Source: the human T2T-CHM13v2.0 reference genome, Homo sapiens. From it: DNA of 64,000 nt. The notes under the pieces were generated by a model. It saw nothing but the letters and a program-made list of their open reading frames with translations. It was not told where the DNA came from and searched no databases. The stretch lies in assembly GCF_009914755.1 (NCBI RefSeq), contig NC_060947.1; one strand, 5' to 3'. Positions 1 through 12,994 of the stretch are shown here, piece by piece; position 1 is the first letter of the stretch, and every line of letters starts with the position of its first letter. The translations under genes and the position numbers were made by a program.

Positions 1-1190
1 ATCAGGGTAATGCTGGCCTTGTAAAGTGAATTTGCAAATGTTCCATTCTCTTCAATTTTTTGTAAGAATTTGAAAACTATTGACATTAATCTTCCCTTAA
101 ATGTTTGGTAGAATTTACCAGTGAAGCCACATGGTCCTGGGCTTTTCTTTGTTGGGAAGTTTTTGATTCCCAATTCAACACTCTTATTCATTACTTGTCT
201 GTTCAGATTTCCTTATGATATAATCTTGATTGATTGTAAGTTTCTAGAAATTTATCCATTTCTTCTAAGTTATTCAATTTATTTCTGTGTAATTGTTCAT
301 AGTAGTCTGCTGCGATTCTTTGTATTTTTGTTGTATCAGACATAATGTCTCCTCATTTATTTATGGTTTTATTTATTTGAGTCTTCTCCATTTTTTTCTT
401 AGTCTAGGTAAAGTATGCCAATTTTTATTTTCCAAAAAATTAACCCTTAGTTTTTTCTATATGGGACCAGCCTGGTACTTTAGCCTGCAGGTTTGAAACT
501 GGTGCCTGGGGTGAATGTGGAGCTTGAGTCTGCTGGGTTGTACCTGGACACTGGGTCCACAGGAGCTGGCCTGACACTGGATTGGGTCAGGAGGCTTGGT
601 CTACAGGTGGCAAGCTGGACACAGGCTATGAGGGAAAGTCTAACACTAGGGTGTGCCTGATGTCTGAGGCTACAGGTGCCAGCCTGATGGGGTGGACCTG
701 AGTCCCAGTGAGGGTCAGTCTGGGACCTGCGACCAACATGTTGCAAAGTGGCCCTGAAGACTTGGGTTCCATCTGCTGAGCTGGTGGTGGAACCAGCCTG
801 GAGTCTGAACCTGAAAAGGTTAGCTTAGAGCCTAGGGCTGTGAGAGTCAGCTTGGTACCAGGTTTCACAGGGGTGGGCTTTGTGTTAGAGTCCACAAAAA
901 AGTCAAGTTCTCACTTTACTCTCCTTCCCCCATGTGAAGGATATCTCCCTCTACACTTTGCTGCCTGGGCTTGGAGAAGAAGTGATGTGGGTAATATGAA
1001 ACTGCCCTTGCAACTACCTTCAGTGTATCTTTTCTTATTTCTGTGGTACATCTGAGTACTATAATCTCTCACTTGGATATATTAGATCTTGTGAAGGTAT
1101 TTTGTGCACGGTTAGTTGATTAAATTGATGTTTCTGTGACAAGATGAGCACTGGAAAATCCTATTTCACCATCTGGCTGATGTTACTTCA
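1..1190 (-). mobile_element. Old L1 (L1M-type): ORF2 fragment joined directly to 5' UTR
   Basis: 1-~455 reads as antisense L1 ORF2 (ttaaatgtttggtagaatttaccagtgaagcc). ~460-1190 is GC-richer and 5'UTR-like with degenerate short repeats. It ends in cctatttcaccatctggctgatgttacttc, the reverse complement of an L1M-type start (GAAGTGACGTCAGCAAGATGGCG-like). Confidence 0.75.
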
Positions 1191-1262
1191 GGAGATAATT
1201 TCAGTTTTGACAATTATGAATAAAGCTGCTATAAAGACTCATGTGGAGATTTTGTATTTTTA

Positions 1263-1267
<5 letters not shown>

Positions 1268-1307
<40 letters not shown>
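1268..1307. repeat. (TG)n microsatellite
   Basis: About 20 uninterrupted TG units. Confidence 0.98.
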
Positions 1308-1309
<2 letters not shown>

Positions 1310-2671
1310 AGGTTTTCAACTCATTTGGCTTAATACCAAAGATACTGGATCATATGGTAAGAGTATGCGCTTAGTTTTGTAAGATACTGCCAAACTGACT
1401 TCCAAAGTGGCTGACCATTTTGCATTCCCACTAGCAATGAATGAAAACTCCTGTTGCTTGACATTCTCACCAGCATCTAGTGGTATCAGTATTGCAGATT
1501 TTGGCCTTTCTAATAGGTGTGTAGTGGTATGTCATTGCTCGTTAGATTTGCATTTCCCTAATTACATATGGCAGAGCATTTTTTCATGTGCTTATTTGCC
1601 ATCTGTATATCTTTTTTATTGTTGTTTAGGTGTCTATTCATGGATTTGGCATCTTTCTACATTTGGTTGTTCATTTTCCTGTTGTTGAGTCTGAAGATTT
1701 TCTTTGTATATTTGAATAACAGTAATTTATTGGAAATATATTGTACAAATACTTTCTTCCATTCTTTGGCTTGTCTTTTCATCCTTTTCCTTGTGTTTTG
1801 CACAGAGTGGAAGTTTAAATTTTAATTTGGTTAAGCTTACCATTTTTTTCTTCATGGATTGTGCCTCTGTCATTATGCCCAAAAAGTCATTGCCATACCC
1901 ATGTTTTCTTCTATATTATCCTTTAAATGTTATATACTTTTTCATTTTACTTTTAGGTTTATGTTCCATTTTGAGCTAATTTTTGTGAACAGGGAGGTCT
2001 ATATCTAAATTTACTTTTTTTTGAATAGTGATGTCCAGTTGCTTTCCTAGCATTTACTGAGGAGACTATCTTTGCTCTAGAGTATTGCCTTTGCTCTTTC
2101 ACCAAATATTGATTGACTATAATTATGTGGGTCTATTTCTGGTTCTCTATTGCATTCCATTGATCAATTTTTCTATTATTTTGCCAATACCCCACTGTCT
2201 TAATTGCAGAAACTTCATAGTAAATGTTGAAGTTTGATAGCGTTCGTCCTCAGACTTTGTTCGTTTCAATATTGTGTTGACATTTCTGGGACTTTTAACT
2301 TTCCCTATAAACTTTAGAATGAGTTTTTGAAGATCCACAAAATAACATTCTGCAATTTTGATAAGGATTGCTTTCATTCTGTAGATCAAGTTGAAAAGAG
2401 CTGACATCTTGACAATATTGAGTTTTTCCATCCATGAACATGTAATATCTCTCCATTAATTTTGTTCGTTCTTTTATTTCTTTCATCAGACTTTTTATGC
2501 ACTTTTTTTTTTTTGACAGACCATGTATATGTTTTGTTAGATTTATACCTGACCATTTCATTTGGGAGGATGCTAGTATAAATGTTATTGTGTTTTAAAG
2601 TTCAGATTCCATTTGTTCATTGCTTTAACATAGAAAAGTAGTTGACTTTTGTGTGCTATATTGTCTCCCAC

Positions 2672-2706
2672 TGTTAGAGTAGGAAGACAGCCAGACATAA
2701 GCAGAA
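2672..2706 (+). mobile_element. Short 5' stub of an ERV1 LTR (MER83/MER84/MER50-like start)
   Basis: TGTTAGAGTAGGAAGACAGCCAGACATAAGCAG interrupts L1 ORF2 and resembles the recalled start of MER50/83/84 LTRs. Confidence 0.5.
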
Positions 2707-4207
2707 GAATTAAGTATTAGTTTCAGGAGGTTTTTGTTAATTCATAGCATCTGTAAAAAAACACACTTCTTTCTTTTCCTTCAGTATTATGTGTATTTCT
2801 TAATTTTAGTATGCCTTTTATATACTTTTCATGTCTCATTTAATTATCTATGACTTTCGGTATGATGATGAAAAGAAGTGGTGACAGGAGACATTTTAGA
2901 CTCATTTTTTTATCTTAAAGGGAAGACTCCTTCTTTATCACATATACAATGTTAGTTGTAGGGATTCATTTAGGTGTTATCATGTAGAAGAGGTTCCCGT
3001 CTATTCTTAGTTTGCTGAGAGTTTTTATCATACATGCATTTAGAATTGTCAAATGCTTTATCTGTATATATTATTATAATCATGGTTTTTTTAGTGTGTT
3101 GATGTAATGGATTACATTAATTAATTGTTGAATGTTGAACCAGCTTTCCATACGTAAAATAAACCTTGTTTCATCATAGTGTATATTTTTTATATATTCT
3201 TAGATTCAATATTTTAATATTTTCTTGAGAATTTTTGCACATAAGATTATAAAAGGTATTGGTCTGTAGCTTTCTTGTAATGCCTTTTACTTGTTTTGGT
3301 AGGAGGATAATGTTCACTTCACAGAGTAATTAGAATTTGGACTCTACACTTCTATTTTCTGGAAGAGATTGCAGAAAATTGTTTATAGTGCTGTTCTTAA
3401 ATGTTTGGTAGAATTCATCAGTGAACATCTTTGGGACTGGTGCTTTTTGTTTTGGAGGATTAATAGCTATTGATTTAATTTCTTTAATATACATGGGCCT
3501 ATTCAAATTGTCTATTTCCCCCTCAGGTGAGATTTGGAAGATTGTGTCTTTCAATGAATTTGTCAATTTTATCTAGGTTATCAAATTTGTGGATATAGAG
3601 TTGCTCATACTATTTTTATTATTTTAATATTCCATGGTATCTGTAGTGATGTCCTCTATTTTATTTTTGATGTTAATAACGTGTGTCTTCTTTTTTGTTA
3701 GTTATCCTGTCTAGAGGCTTATCCAATTTTTTTTTTAAAAATCAAGTTATTGGTTTTATTAGAAAATTAGTTATTAGTTTTGTTTATTTTCTCTTTTGAT
3801 TTCCCATTTTAAATTTTATCGATATCTCTTCTAATTTTTAATGTTTCATTTATTTTGCTTACTTTGGATTTAATTTGCTCTTATTGTTCTAGTTTCCTAA
3901 GGTGGAAGCTTAGATGATTGATTTTAGATATTTTAAGTTTTCAAACATATGGATTCAGTGTTATACATTTCTCTCTACTCCCTGCTTTTCTGTAACCTGC
4001 AAATATTGATAGCATGTATTTTTATTTTTATTTAGTTGAAAATATTTTTAAATCCCTCTTGAGAGTTCTTCTTTCACCCATGTGTTATTTAGAAGAGTGT
4101 TATTTAGTATCTAGCTAGTTTGGAATTTCCTTGCTATCTGTTTTCTGTTTTCTACTAATTTCTCATTTAATTCCGTTATTTTCTGAGAGCAGATATTGTC
4201 AGATTTC

Positions 4208-4565
4208 CTTTTTTTTTCTTTCTTTCTTCTTTTTTCTTTCTTTCTTTTCTTTTTTCTTTTTTTTTTTTTTTTTTTTTTTTTTGAGACAGAGTCTTGCTCT
4301 GTCACCCAGGCTGGAGTACAATGGCATAATCTTGGCTCACTGCAACCTCCCCTTCCGGAGTTCAAGTGATTTTCCTGCCTCAGCCTCCCGAGTAGCTGGG
4401 ATTACAGGCATGTTCCACCATGCCTGGCTAATTTTTGTATCTTTTTTAGTAGAGACGGGGCTTCACCATGTTGTCCAGGCTGGTCTCGAACTCCTGACCT
4501 CGTGATCTGCCTGCCTCGGCCTCCCAAAGTGCTAGGATTACAGGCGTGAGCCACCGCACCCGGCT
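4208..4565 (-). mobile_element. AluS (AluSg-like) with long T/TC-rich tail
   Basis: Full antisense dimer. gaactcctgacctcgtgatc shows the 2-bp deletion of Sg/Sc/Y together with the S-type GTTCGAG. agatttc flanks both sides (4201-4207, 4567-4573). Confidence 0.93.
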
Positions 4566-4652
4566 AAGATTTCTATTGTTCTTAATTTTTAAGAGGTGTT
4601 TTATGGCCTAAAACGTGGTGAATGTACCATGAGAACTTGAGAAGAATATGTA

Positions 4653-4952
4653 AGACCAGGCATGGCTGTAATCCCAGCACTTGGGAGGCCGAGGTGAGAG
4701 GATTCTTTGAGCTCAGGAGTTCAAGGCCAGCCTGGGCAATATAATGAATCCTTGTCTCCATAAAAAATACAAAAATTAGCCAGGAATGGTGGCATGCACC
4801 TGTAATCCCAGCTACTCAGCAGGCTGAGGTGGGAGGATTGCTTGACTCCAGGAGACTGCAGTGATCTGTGATAATACCATTATACTCTAGCCTGGGTAAG
4901 AGTGAGACTCTATCTCAAAAAAAATAAAAAATAAAAAATAAATAAATAAAAA
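4653..4952 (+). mobile_element. AluJ
   Basis: J-type diagnostics (ttgagctcaggagttc, gggaggattgcttgactcc), A-rich tail, and a perfect 14-bp TSD gagaagaatatgta at 4639-4652 and 4953-4966. Confidence 0.93.
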
Positions 4953-7187
4953 GAGAAGAATATGTATTCTTTTGTTGTTGGATATAGTCAATAGATGTCA
5001 ATTACACCTAGTTGACTGATGGTACTACTCAGTTCAATTATGTCCTTACTGTTTTTCTACACACTTGATCTGCCTTTTTCTAATATAAGGATATTCAAGT
5101 ATCCAGCTATGATTGTGGTTTCTTCTATATCTCCTTGGAGTTCTATCAGGTTTTGCCTCATGTATTATGACACTATGGGGTTAGGTATCTGATCATCATT
5201 GTTTCGAATATTTCTTCTGTTCATTTTTCTTTTCCTTTTCCTTCTGCAATTCACAGTACATCAATGTTACATCTTTTGTATAATTTTCCACAGTTTATTC
5301 TGTTTGTATTTTTCTTTTTGATCTTTGCTTTACAGTTTTTGGCATTTCTCTTGGCATATCCTAAAGCTCAAAGATTGGCATATCCTCACCCAAGTTGTCT
5401 ATTAATGAGCCCATAGAAGGCATTATCTCTTTCTGCTCCAGTGCTTTTGATCTCTCACTTTTTAAAATTTTTCTTAGAATTTTCATCTTTCTGTTTACGT
5501 TTTCCATCTGTTCTTACATGCTAATTTATCCATTAAATCCTTTATCATGTTAATCAAAGTGTTTAATTTCCCATTCTGATCATTTCAGTATCTGATTCTG
5601 GTTCTGATGTTGGCTTTGTCTCTTCAAACTGTGTTTTCTACCCTCTAGTACGTCTTGGATTTTTTTTTTTTCTTATGAGCCACACATAATTTACCATGTA
5701 GAGAAAACTGCAGCAAGTAGGCCGTTGGTAACGTGATGGTAAGGTATGAGGCAAAAGGAAGCACTGTGTAGCCCATGCCTCTTGACTATAAACTTCACAA
5801 GTGTTTATTAGTTCCCCAACCTTTACTGGGACAGGATAGCTGGGGCAGACTGAAGTTGGATATTTTCCTTTCCCTAAATTGGCTTGCTTCTGAAAAAAAA
5901 ATTAAAAATAAATGAATAAATAAATAACTTGGGCTTTGCTAAAATTGTTTCTTTTGAGAGCAGGCCGGGTTAAGGAGAACAGACTATTCTGGCATATTTT
6001 CAAATGATTACTTTATCCCAATACCTGCTAGAAGCATAAGGGGATTATTCTCTATTATTCCCTGTGACAACATGGTTGAAATCCTGAGGAAAAAACTCTC
6101 TAAAGTCTCAACCCTGCCCCCCATGACTAGGTCCCTGTGAAAATTTTAACTCTCAGGCTTGTCCACACTAAGCCTTCACCAATTCTTCAATTATAGTTTA
6201 GCTTTTCCTACCCTAGCATTGGTTCTTGCAGAGGTTTCTGCTGTTTGGTTTTTGCTCTGATAAATTGTAATTTTCTATAAATCATTTGTCTATCCCTCCA
6301 ATTTTTTAGGCTGCATGTTGACCTGTGACCTCACTTCTTTGACAGAGACAAAAAGAGTTGCTGCTATTTCAGTTTGTTTATCTTTTTACTTGTTAGGTCA
6401 GAGTGACAACTTCTAAGCTCCTTCTAATCAAAGTCTAAGAATATAGCATTTTGTAAGTTTCAAGTGTTTTATGTTCAGGCTTCTGTGATTTAGAAAAGCT
6501 ATGAAGTAAAGTTTAATATCTTAATATATAGAAGACTAATGAGCAGAGTTTTAGCTGAAAATATGAAGAAGCATATATTAGGGTATTCCAAGGTACTCTG
6601 AAAATATTAAGATAAGCTTCAGATAAGACAACTCTAGTCCAAAATAAATAGCGATTTGTAATAGAAAGGATGAGAACTCATTTAAATAAGCAAGTAAGCA
6701 AACAGACACAGAATGTGAGCAAATGGCTAATTATACTTCCATGCCAAGCATGATTTAGGGAGCTAAATTTCCCTTAGGCAAATTGTTATCTGCTGATTCT
6801 CTCATTGCTAGACTCATCTGGCATCCAGAGACTACAAATGTTTTTCAAAGTTACTTGATACCAGAAAAAAAAAAGTTTTGGAAAGTGTGAAATTATTTTT
6901 AATTAGAGTCATCTAAAACTATTCACTTGAAATGTAAATAGTGTCTAACGCCAGATCAACACAGTAGAAACCTTTGGCTGATCTAAGAGTTAAAGCCTTG
7001 AAATTATCTTAATCTGCATTTCACCTTTATTTCACACTAAATATTTATTGTTTAAAAAATACCAGAAAATAATATAAAACATATTCTTACAGATTTGTAT
7101 TTATGTATTCTATATTTATCCAAATTCTCTTTTTATGTGATCCTAAAAGAATTACATACTGTTAACACATCTGCAAAACAGTCTGCT

Positions 7188-7550
<363 letters not shown>

Positions 7551-8129
7551 TAAAATGCAGCAGTTATTCACTTGTGTAATTTGTTTGATTTGGAATTCCA
7601 ATAAAGACAAATTCACAAGAAGAAGTTAAAGAATGAATGGAGACAAAATTATGAAATAAACTGAAATAATAAAACATTTGCTGTTACCATATTTAGAGTG
7701 CTCTTAAAACAGGTTGAAAAGAACATGTAGTGGCTGTTCAGCCAGCTGATGCACTTTTTGCTGTATGAACATTTATACCACCAAAAAAGAAACCTTATGC
7801 TTACATAATGTTTTATAGTATATATTGACTTTCCACAAGTATTTTCTCTTCTCAATCCCTGCCCTCCTCCAATTAGGTAGGATAATAAAAATTACTTACA
7901 CAGAGAACTAGAGAACTAAAAAATAATAAATCTCCTCATATTGATAAATTTCCGAAGAGAAAGTGTAGAATGTCTACTAAAACTAGATTTTTTCAATATT
8001 ATTGTGGTTTTTCATCTATTATACTGCTATTATATTTGTCCAGAGAACTTCCCTGTTTTTCTAGGTAGGGATAGCATCTTCTCTGATGTGTTACTATACA
8101 AACTTTATTGTAATTTTTTATTTTTATTT

Positions 8130-8325
8130 TTACCATTCTGCCTATTCATGTGTCTGTTTCACCTACTAGACTAAACCTTTTCCTCTTTAGTCTCTGTGTG
8201 AAGCGCCATCACTGATACGCTATTAGAAGTACTGAATATTTATGTATTTATTCATGCATTTATTCAACAAATGTTCGTTACATGCCCCATGTGTCAAACA
8301 TTCTACTAGACACTGGGAAAAAGGG
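8130..8325. mobile_element. L2 3'-end fragments (probably two, tail to tail)
   Basis: tgtctgtttcacctactagactaaac is a sense L2 3' motif. attcatgcatttattcaacaaatgtt...tgtgtcaaacattctactagacactggg is an antisense L2 terminus. Confidence 0.6.
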
Positions 8326-8337
8326 TTAAGACTACAG

Positions 8338-8572
8338 CAACAAATAATGCTTAACATTTATATAGTTCTTACATTGTGTTGGGCAAAGCATTTAATATAT
8401 TTAATATATTTATTAAATTTTCACAACTCTTTGAGGATGATCTTTGTTTCTCACATAAGGAATTGAGACACTGAGAGTTTAAATAACTTGTCCAAGTTTC
8501 CATATCTAACAAGTGGTATAACTAGGATACAAACTAGGTAGGCTGGCACCAGATCCCAGGCTCTTTCCATTA
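8338..8572 (-). mobile_element. MIR
   Basis: MIR core: taaggaattgagacactgagagtttaaataacttgtccaagtttccatatctaacaagtgg. Confidence 0.8.
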
Positions 8573-10040
8573 GGTTCTATCAGGATGTACTTTGATTTTA
8601 TAGATGTTGCAGTCTACTGGGTAGACAAATATTAAAGTAAATAAATGGGTATATTTCTGATGTTTAGGATGTAATAACTAACCTTAAGTGAATGTGCATG
8701 ATATGAGAAGAGATACATACTCTAGAGTGGAGAATTAAGAAAAATCTTAATGGATAGACAGAAAAAATCAAAGTATCATATTTAAAATAGTGTTGATAGA
8801 GGTATTTTTATATTCCTTTTAGAAATAAAACCTAAACTGTTATTTAGCAATATGTTTCAATTTTTTTCAAATACAAAATAGTGTTTAGAAACTTTTTTTA
8901 AGATTAAATAATCTGATAAATTTGCTTCAACTTGATTCAGTTTACAACTGAAGAAATAAATAGTAGTTGATCTTGATTGACTTATTTTCCTCATTAGACC
9001 ATTTCATCTTCAACATAATAATAATGAAAAAGGCAGAAAAAAAATGCAGGTAAATGCTCCAATTACCCAGATACAGTGTTTCCTTATCTGTGTAGCAACT
9101 TTAAGTAAAATGTTACCCTATTATAATAAAAATGATCAGCAGTGAATTAATTAAGCTGTATTTAAGTGAAATGTTATGTTAAAATTACAACTTGTCTGGG
9201 ATTCTGCATGACAGTTGTTCTTGCTGAAATAATTTTTATTATTTTTATGCTACCAAATCAAGAGTAGGATACAAAAGTGAATATAAAATTAAAGATCGAG
9301 AATACATCTTTTGCAAGACTTTTAAATGGGGAACATTGGGATGTCACATACTTAGAAACCTGCTTAAAATATATACTGTATAAATACAAATTCAAATTTG
9401 GTTATTTAAATCAACATGTTTAAAATTCAAATTCAAGTTATTGTGATGCTTTTTTGAACATTCTTTTCCTAACGACTTAATTGTATTTTTTATGATTGTA
9501 TGTAATACACACATGTGAAATATCATGAAGACAATTTTCAAAAATATATAGCAAATAAATATTTGTTGATGTGACAGACAAATTGCCTACAAATATATTT
9601 TTCTAAATTATTCATAGGGAAACCAAGCACTTTAAATCTTATCTCATCAAGTTTAATTTTATTTATTATTACAAGCACATTTATAAAAATAATTTGTATG
9701 TAAAGAATTTTATTTTTGAAACATTCTAAATTGCATTGCTTTGGTCAGAAACATTAAATTTTAGCAAAACATGTATATTTCATTATCAAGATTTTCAAGC
9801 GATCTTAATTTCAAACATAATTTTTCTAAAGAATTTTAGAGTTTCTATTGTCCTCTCGGATTAACAATGCATGTTATCCAAGGTAATCAAACGAAGCATT
9901 ATTTAACTTTGGACAGTTTAACAAAATATTTTTCTTAATTTCATTTTCTTAAAATACATGCATTGATGAAAACAGAATCAGAATGATGTTTGTGTGGCAA
10001 AATGATGTATTGAATATTCTCTCCCAACATTACCTAGTGG

Positions 10041-10369
<329 letters not shown>

Positions 10370-11321
10370 TAGTAGAAAACTTTACTCTTCTGTAGAATAA
10401 TGCCATTCCTGAGGTTTTCACCTTTTCATCAGCCTAAATTTTAATTCAATTCTATATTATACTTTCCTACTGTAAGAGATTTTAGGTATAACAGAGAAAA
10501 TAACAAGTTCTTAATTTGTCTAATTTAGCAAACAATCATCTTTATTTTTGTGAAAATGCCACTTTCTATAAAGAAAAAAAATCTCAAAATTGATAGTGAT
10601 GGAAAATACTGAAGTAACATAATGAAGTAGGGTGCAAAAATGCTCCAGAAACTCTGCAGTTGATGAATATAATTTACAGTTTTTAATTGTAAACCAAGCC
10701 AAAATAAATAAAGCAAAATAAAAGTAAAATAAATAAAATAAAAATTATATATGTATTTATAGCATTAAAATGCTAAGAATATTATTAAACATCTAAAGAA
10801 GATAATTGAGATGTACCGGAATGCATTGAATCTCTAGATTGCTTCTGGTACTATGGTCATTTTCACAATATTGATTCTTTCCATCTATGGGAATGGGATG
10901 TGTTTCCATTTGTTTGTGTAGCTAATGATTTCTTTCAGCAGTATTTTGTAATTTTTCTTGTAGAGATATTTCACCTCCTTGGTTAGGTATATCAGCTGTT
11001 GTGAAAGAGATTGAGTTTTTGATTTAATTCTAAGCTTGGTCCTTGTTGGCGAATAGCAGTGCTATTGATTTGTGAAGATTGATTTTGTTTCTTGAAACTT
11101 TGCTGAATTTGTTTATCAGGTCTAGAAGGTTTTTGGACGAGTCTTTAGGGTTTTCTGAGTATACGATTATATCCTTGGCAAACAGCGACAGTTTGAATTC
11201 TTCTTTACTGATTTAGATGGCCTTTATTTCTTTCTCTTCTCTGCTCTGGCTAGGAATTCCAGTTCTATGTTGACTAGAAGTGGTGAAAGTGGACATCTTT
11301 GTCTTCTTTCAGTTTTCAGGG

Positions 11322-12095
11322 TGTTACCAGGGGGTCATTGCTCCCAGAGTTCCCAAGATGGTGGTGGGCCGCTTCCAAAATGGTGGCAGGCCACTTCTAA
11401 TATGGTGGCAAGCCTCGTGTTCTCTGACCTGGGGTTCTTGGCCTCAGGGATTCCAAGGAATGGAATCTTGGGCCATGCGGTGAGTGTTATAGCTCTATTA
11501 GAAGCCCTGGGTCATGGAAGAGAACTGTGGAACCCAGTGACTAATGTTCAGCTTGATTAGGATGAACCCAGGCACTTAGCCGTGCAGGAACAATGGCAAG
11601 CCTTTAGCCCAGTCGGGAACAGCAATGGGTGCCTCACTGGATCAGGAGCACAGTGGACACCCTGCGGGATCCGGAGGGATGGAAGTCAGCGGCTGGTCTG
11701 TGACGGCGGCAAACAGCAGTGACGGACAGCGAGCCAAAGCTCAGCTCGAGTCATAACAAACATGGACCAGAAGAGTGCAGTTGCAAAAGAGTGAAATAGA
11801 GTGAAAACAGAGATCCCATACAAAGGGAGGGGACCCAAAGAGGGTAGCCATTGCAGGCTCGAATGCCTGGGTTTATATCCCAATCATCGTCCCTCCCACT
11901 GTGCTCTCAGGCATTAGATGATTGGCTATTTCTTTACCTCCTATTTTTGCCTAATTAGCATTTTAGTGAGCTCTCTGATTGATCAGGTGTGAGCTACATT
12001 GCAAGCCCCGTGTTTAAAGGTGGAAGCAGTCACCTTCCCAGCTAGGCTTAGGGATTCTTCGTCGGCCTAGGAAATCCAGCTAGTCCTGTCTCTCA
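11322..12095 (-). mobile_element. Solo LTR17 (HERV-W LTR)
   Basis: The minus strand begins TGAGAGACAGGACTAGCTGGATTTCCTAGGCCGAC, the HERV-W U3 start, and ends ...GGTAACA. Length 774 bp. 4-bp TSD AGGG at 11318-11321 and 12096-12099. Confidence 0.95.
11872..11925 (-). promoter_or_regulatory. LTR17 U3 core promoter (CCAAT box and TATA box)
   Basis: Minus-strand CCAAT at 11921-11925 and TATAAA at 11872-11877, placed as in HERV-W LTRs. Activity is not shown. Confidence 0.65.
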
Positions 12096-12994
12096 AGGGG
12101 GAATACTTTCAACTTTTCTGTATTCAATATAATGTCGGCTGTGGGTTTGTCATAGATGGCTTTTACTTCCTTGAGGTATGTCCCTTCTATGCCAATTTTG
12201 CTGGGGGTTTTAATTATGAAGGGATGCTGGATTTTGTCAAATGCTTTTTCTGTGTCTATTGAGATGATCATATAATTTTTGTTTTTAATTCTGTTTATGT
12301 AATGTATCACAATTATTGACTTGTGTATGTTAAACTATCCTTGCATCCCTGGTATAAAACCCACTTGATCATGGCATATGATCTTTTTGATATTTTCTTG
12401 GTTTCAGTTAGCTAGTATTTTGTTGAGGATTTTTGCATCATGTTCATCAGGAATATTGGTCAGTAGTTTTCTTTTTTTATTATGTCATTTCTTGGTTTGG
12501 TTATTAGGGTGATACTGGCTTCATAGAATGATTTAGGGAGGAATCCCTCTTTCTCTATCTTTTGAAATAGTTTCAGTAAGATTGGCACGTCCTTCAATGT
12601 CTGATAGAATTCAGCTGTAAATCCATCTGGTTCTGGACATTTTTTTTGTTGGCAATTGTTTTATTACTCTTTTAATCTCACTACTTTTTATTGGTCTGTT
12701 CAGAATTTCAAATTCTTGCTGATTTAATCTAGGAGAGTTGTATATTTCCAGGAATTTATTCATCTTTTCTAGATTTTATAGTTTGTATGCCTAAAAGTGT
12801 TCATAGTAATTTTTTTATCTTTTGTATTTCTGTGGAATCGGTTGTAATATCTCTTATTTCGTTTCTAACTGAGCTTATTTGGATCTCTCTTTTTTTCTTG
12901 GTTAATTTCACTAATGTCTATTAATTTTGTTTATCTTTTCAAAGAACCAGCTTTCTGTTTCATTTACCTTTTGTATATTTTTTTCCAATTTCCT

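Larger units (their letters stand above)
1191..6430 (-). mobile_element. Old L1 (L1MC/L1M4-like), internally deleted, interrupted by two Alus
   Basis: Antisense ORF2 remnants translate in ORFs 2147-2431, 2295-2561 and 3330-3566 (e.g. LNIVKMSAL, EIDNLNRP, FTDEFYQTFK). 5200-6430 resembles the 5' region at 40220-41325. Confidence 0.8.

Noticed and set aside
470-900. GC-rich degenerate short repeats resembling a repeat-spacer array
   Set aside because: There is no fixed repeat with unique spacers. The pattern fits the tandemly repeated 5'UTR of an old L1, and CRISPR is not expected in primate DNA.
4111-4505. Lys-rich and Phe-rich ORFs, and similar ones at 7241, 10064, 20155, 32235 and 40741
   Set aside because: All are Alu and poly(A)-tail translations ([11 protein letters not shown]-type peptides).
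7688-7760. Minus-strand exon candidate (KKCISWLNSHYMFFSTCFKSTLN)
   Set aside because: Weak polypyrimidine tract, weak donor (ATG|GTAACA) and no recognisable protein.
7890-7935. Minus-strand 16-nt microexon-like pattern (ttttttag ... gtaagt)
   Set aside because: Not frame-preserving, no supporting context, and expected by chance in AT-rich DNA.
10520-10716. Hydrophobic minus-strand ORFs in unique sequence
   Set aside because: Short, explained by T-rich composition, and without a convincing splice-site pair.
11350-11412. Three YY1-like AAGATGG/AAAATGG/AATATGG repeats
   Set aside because: As I recall these are a standard part of the LTR17 U5 region, so not specific to this locus.
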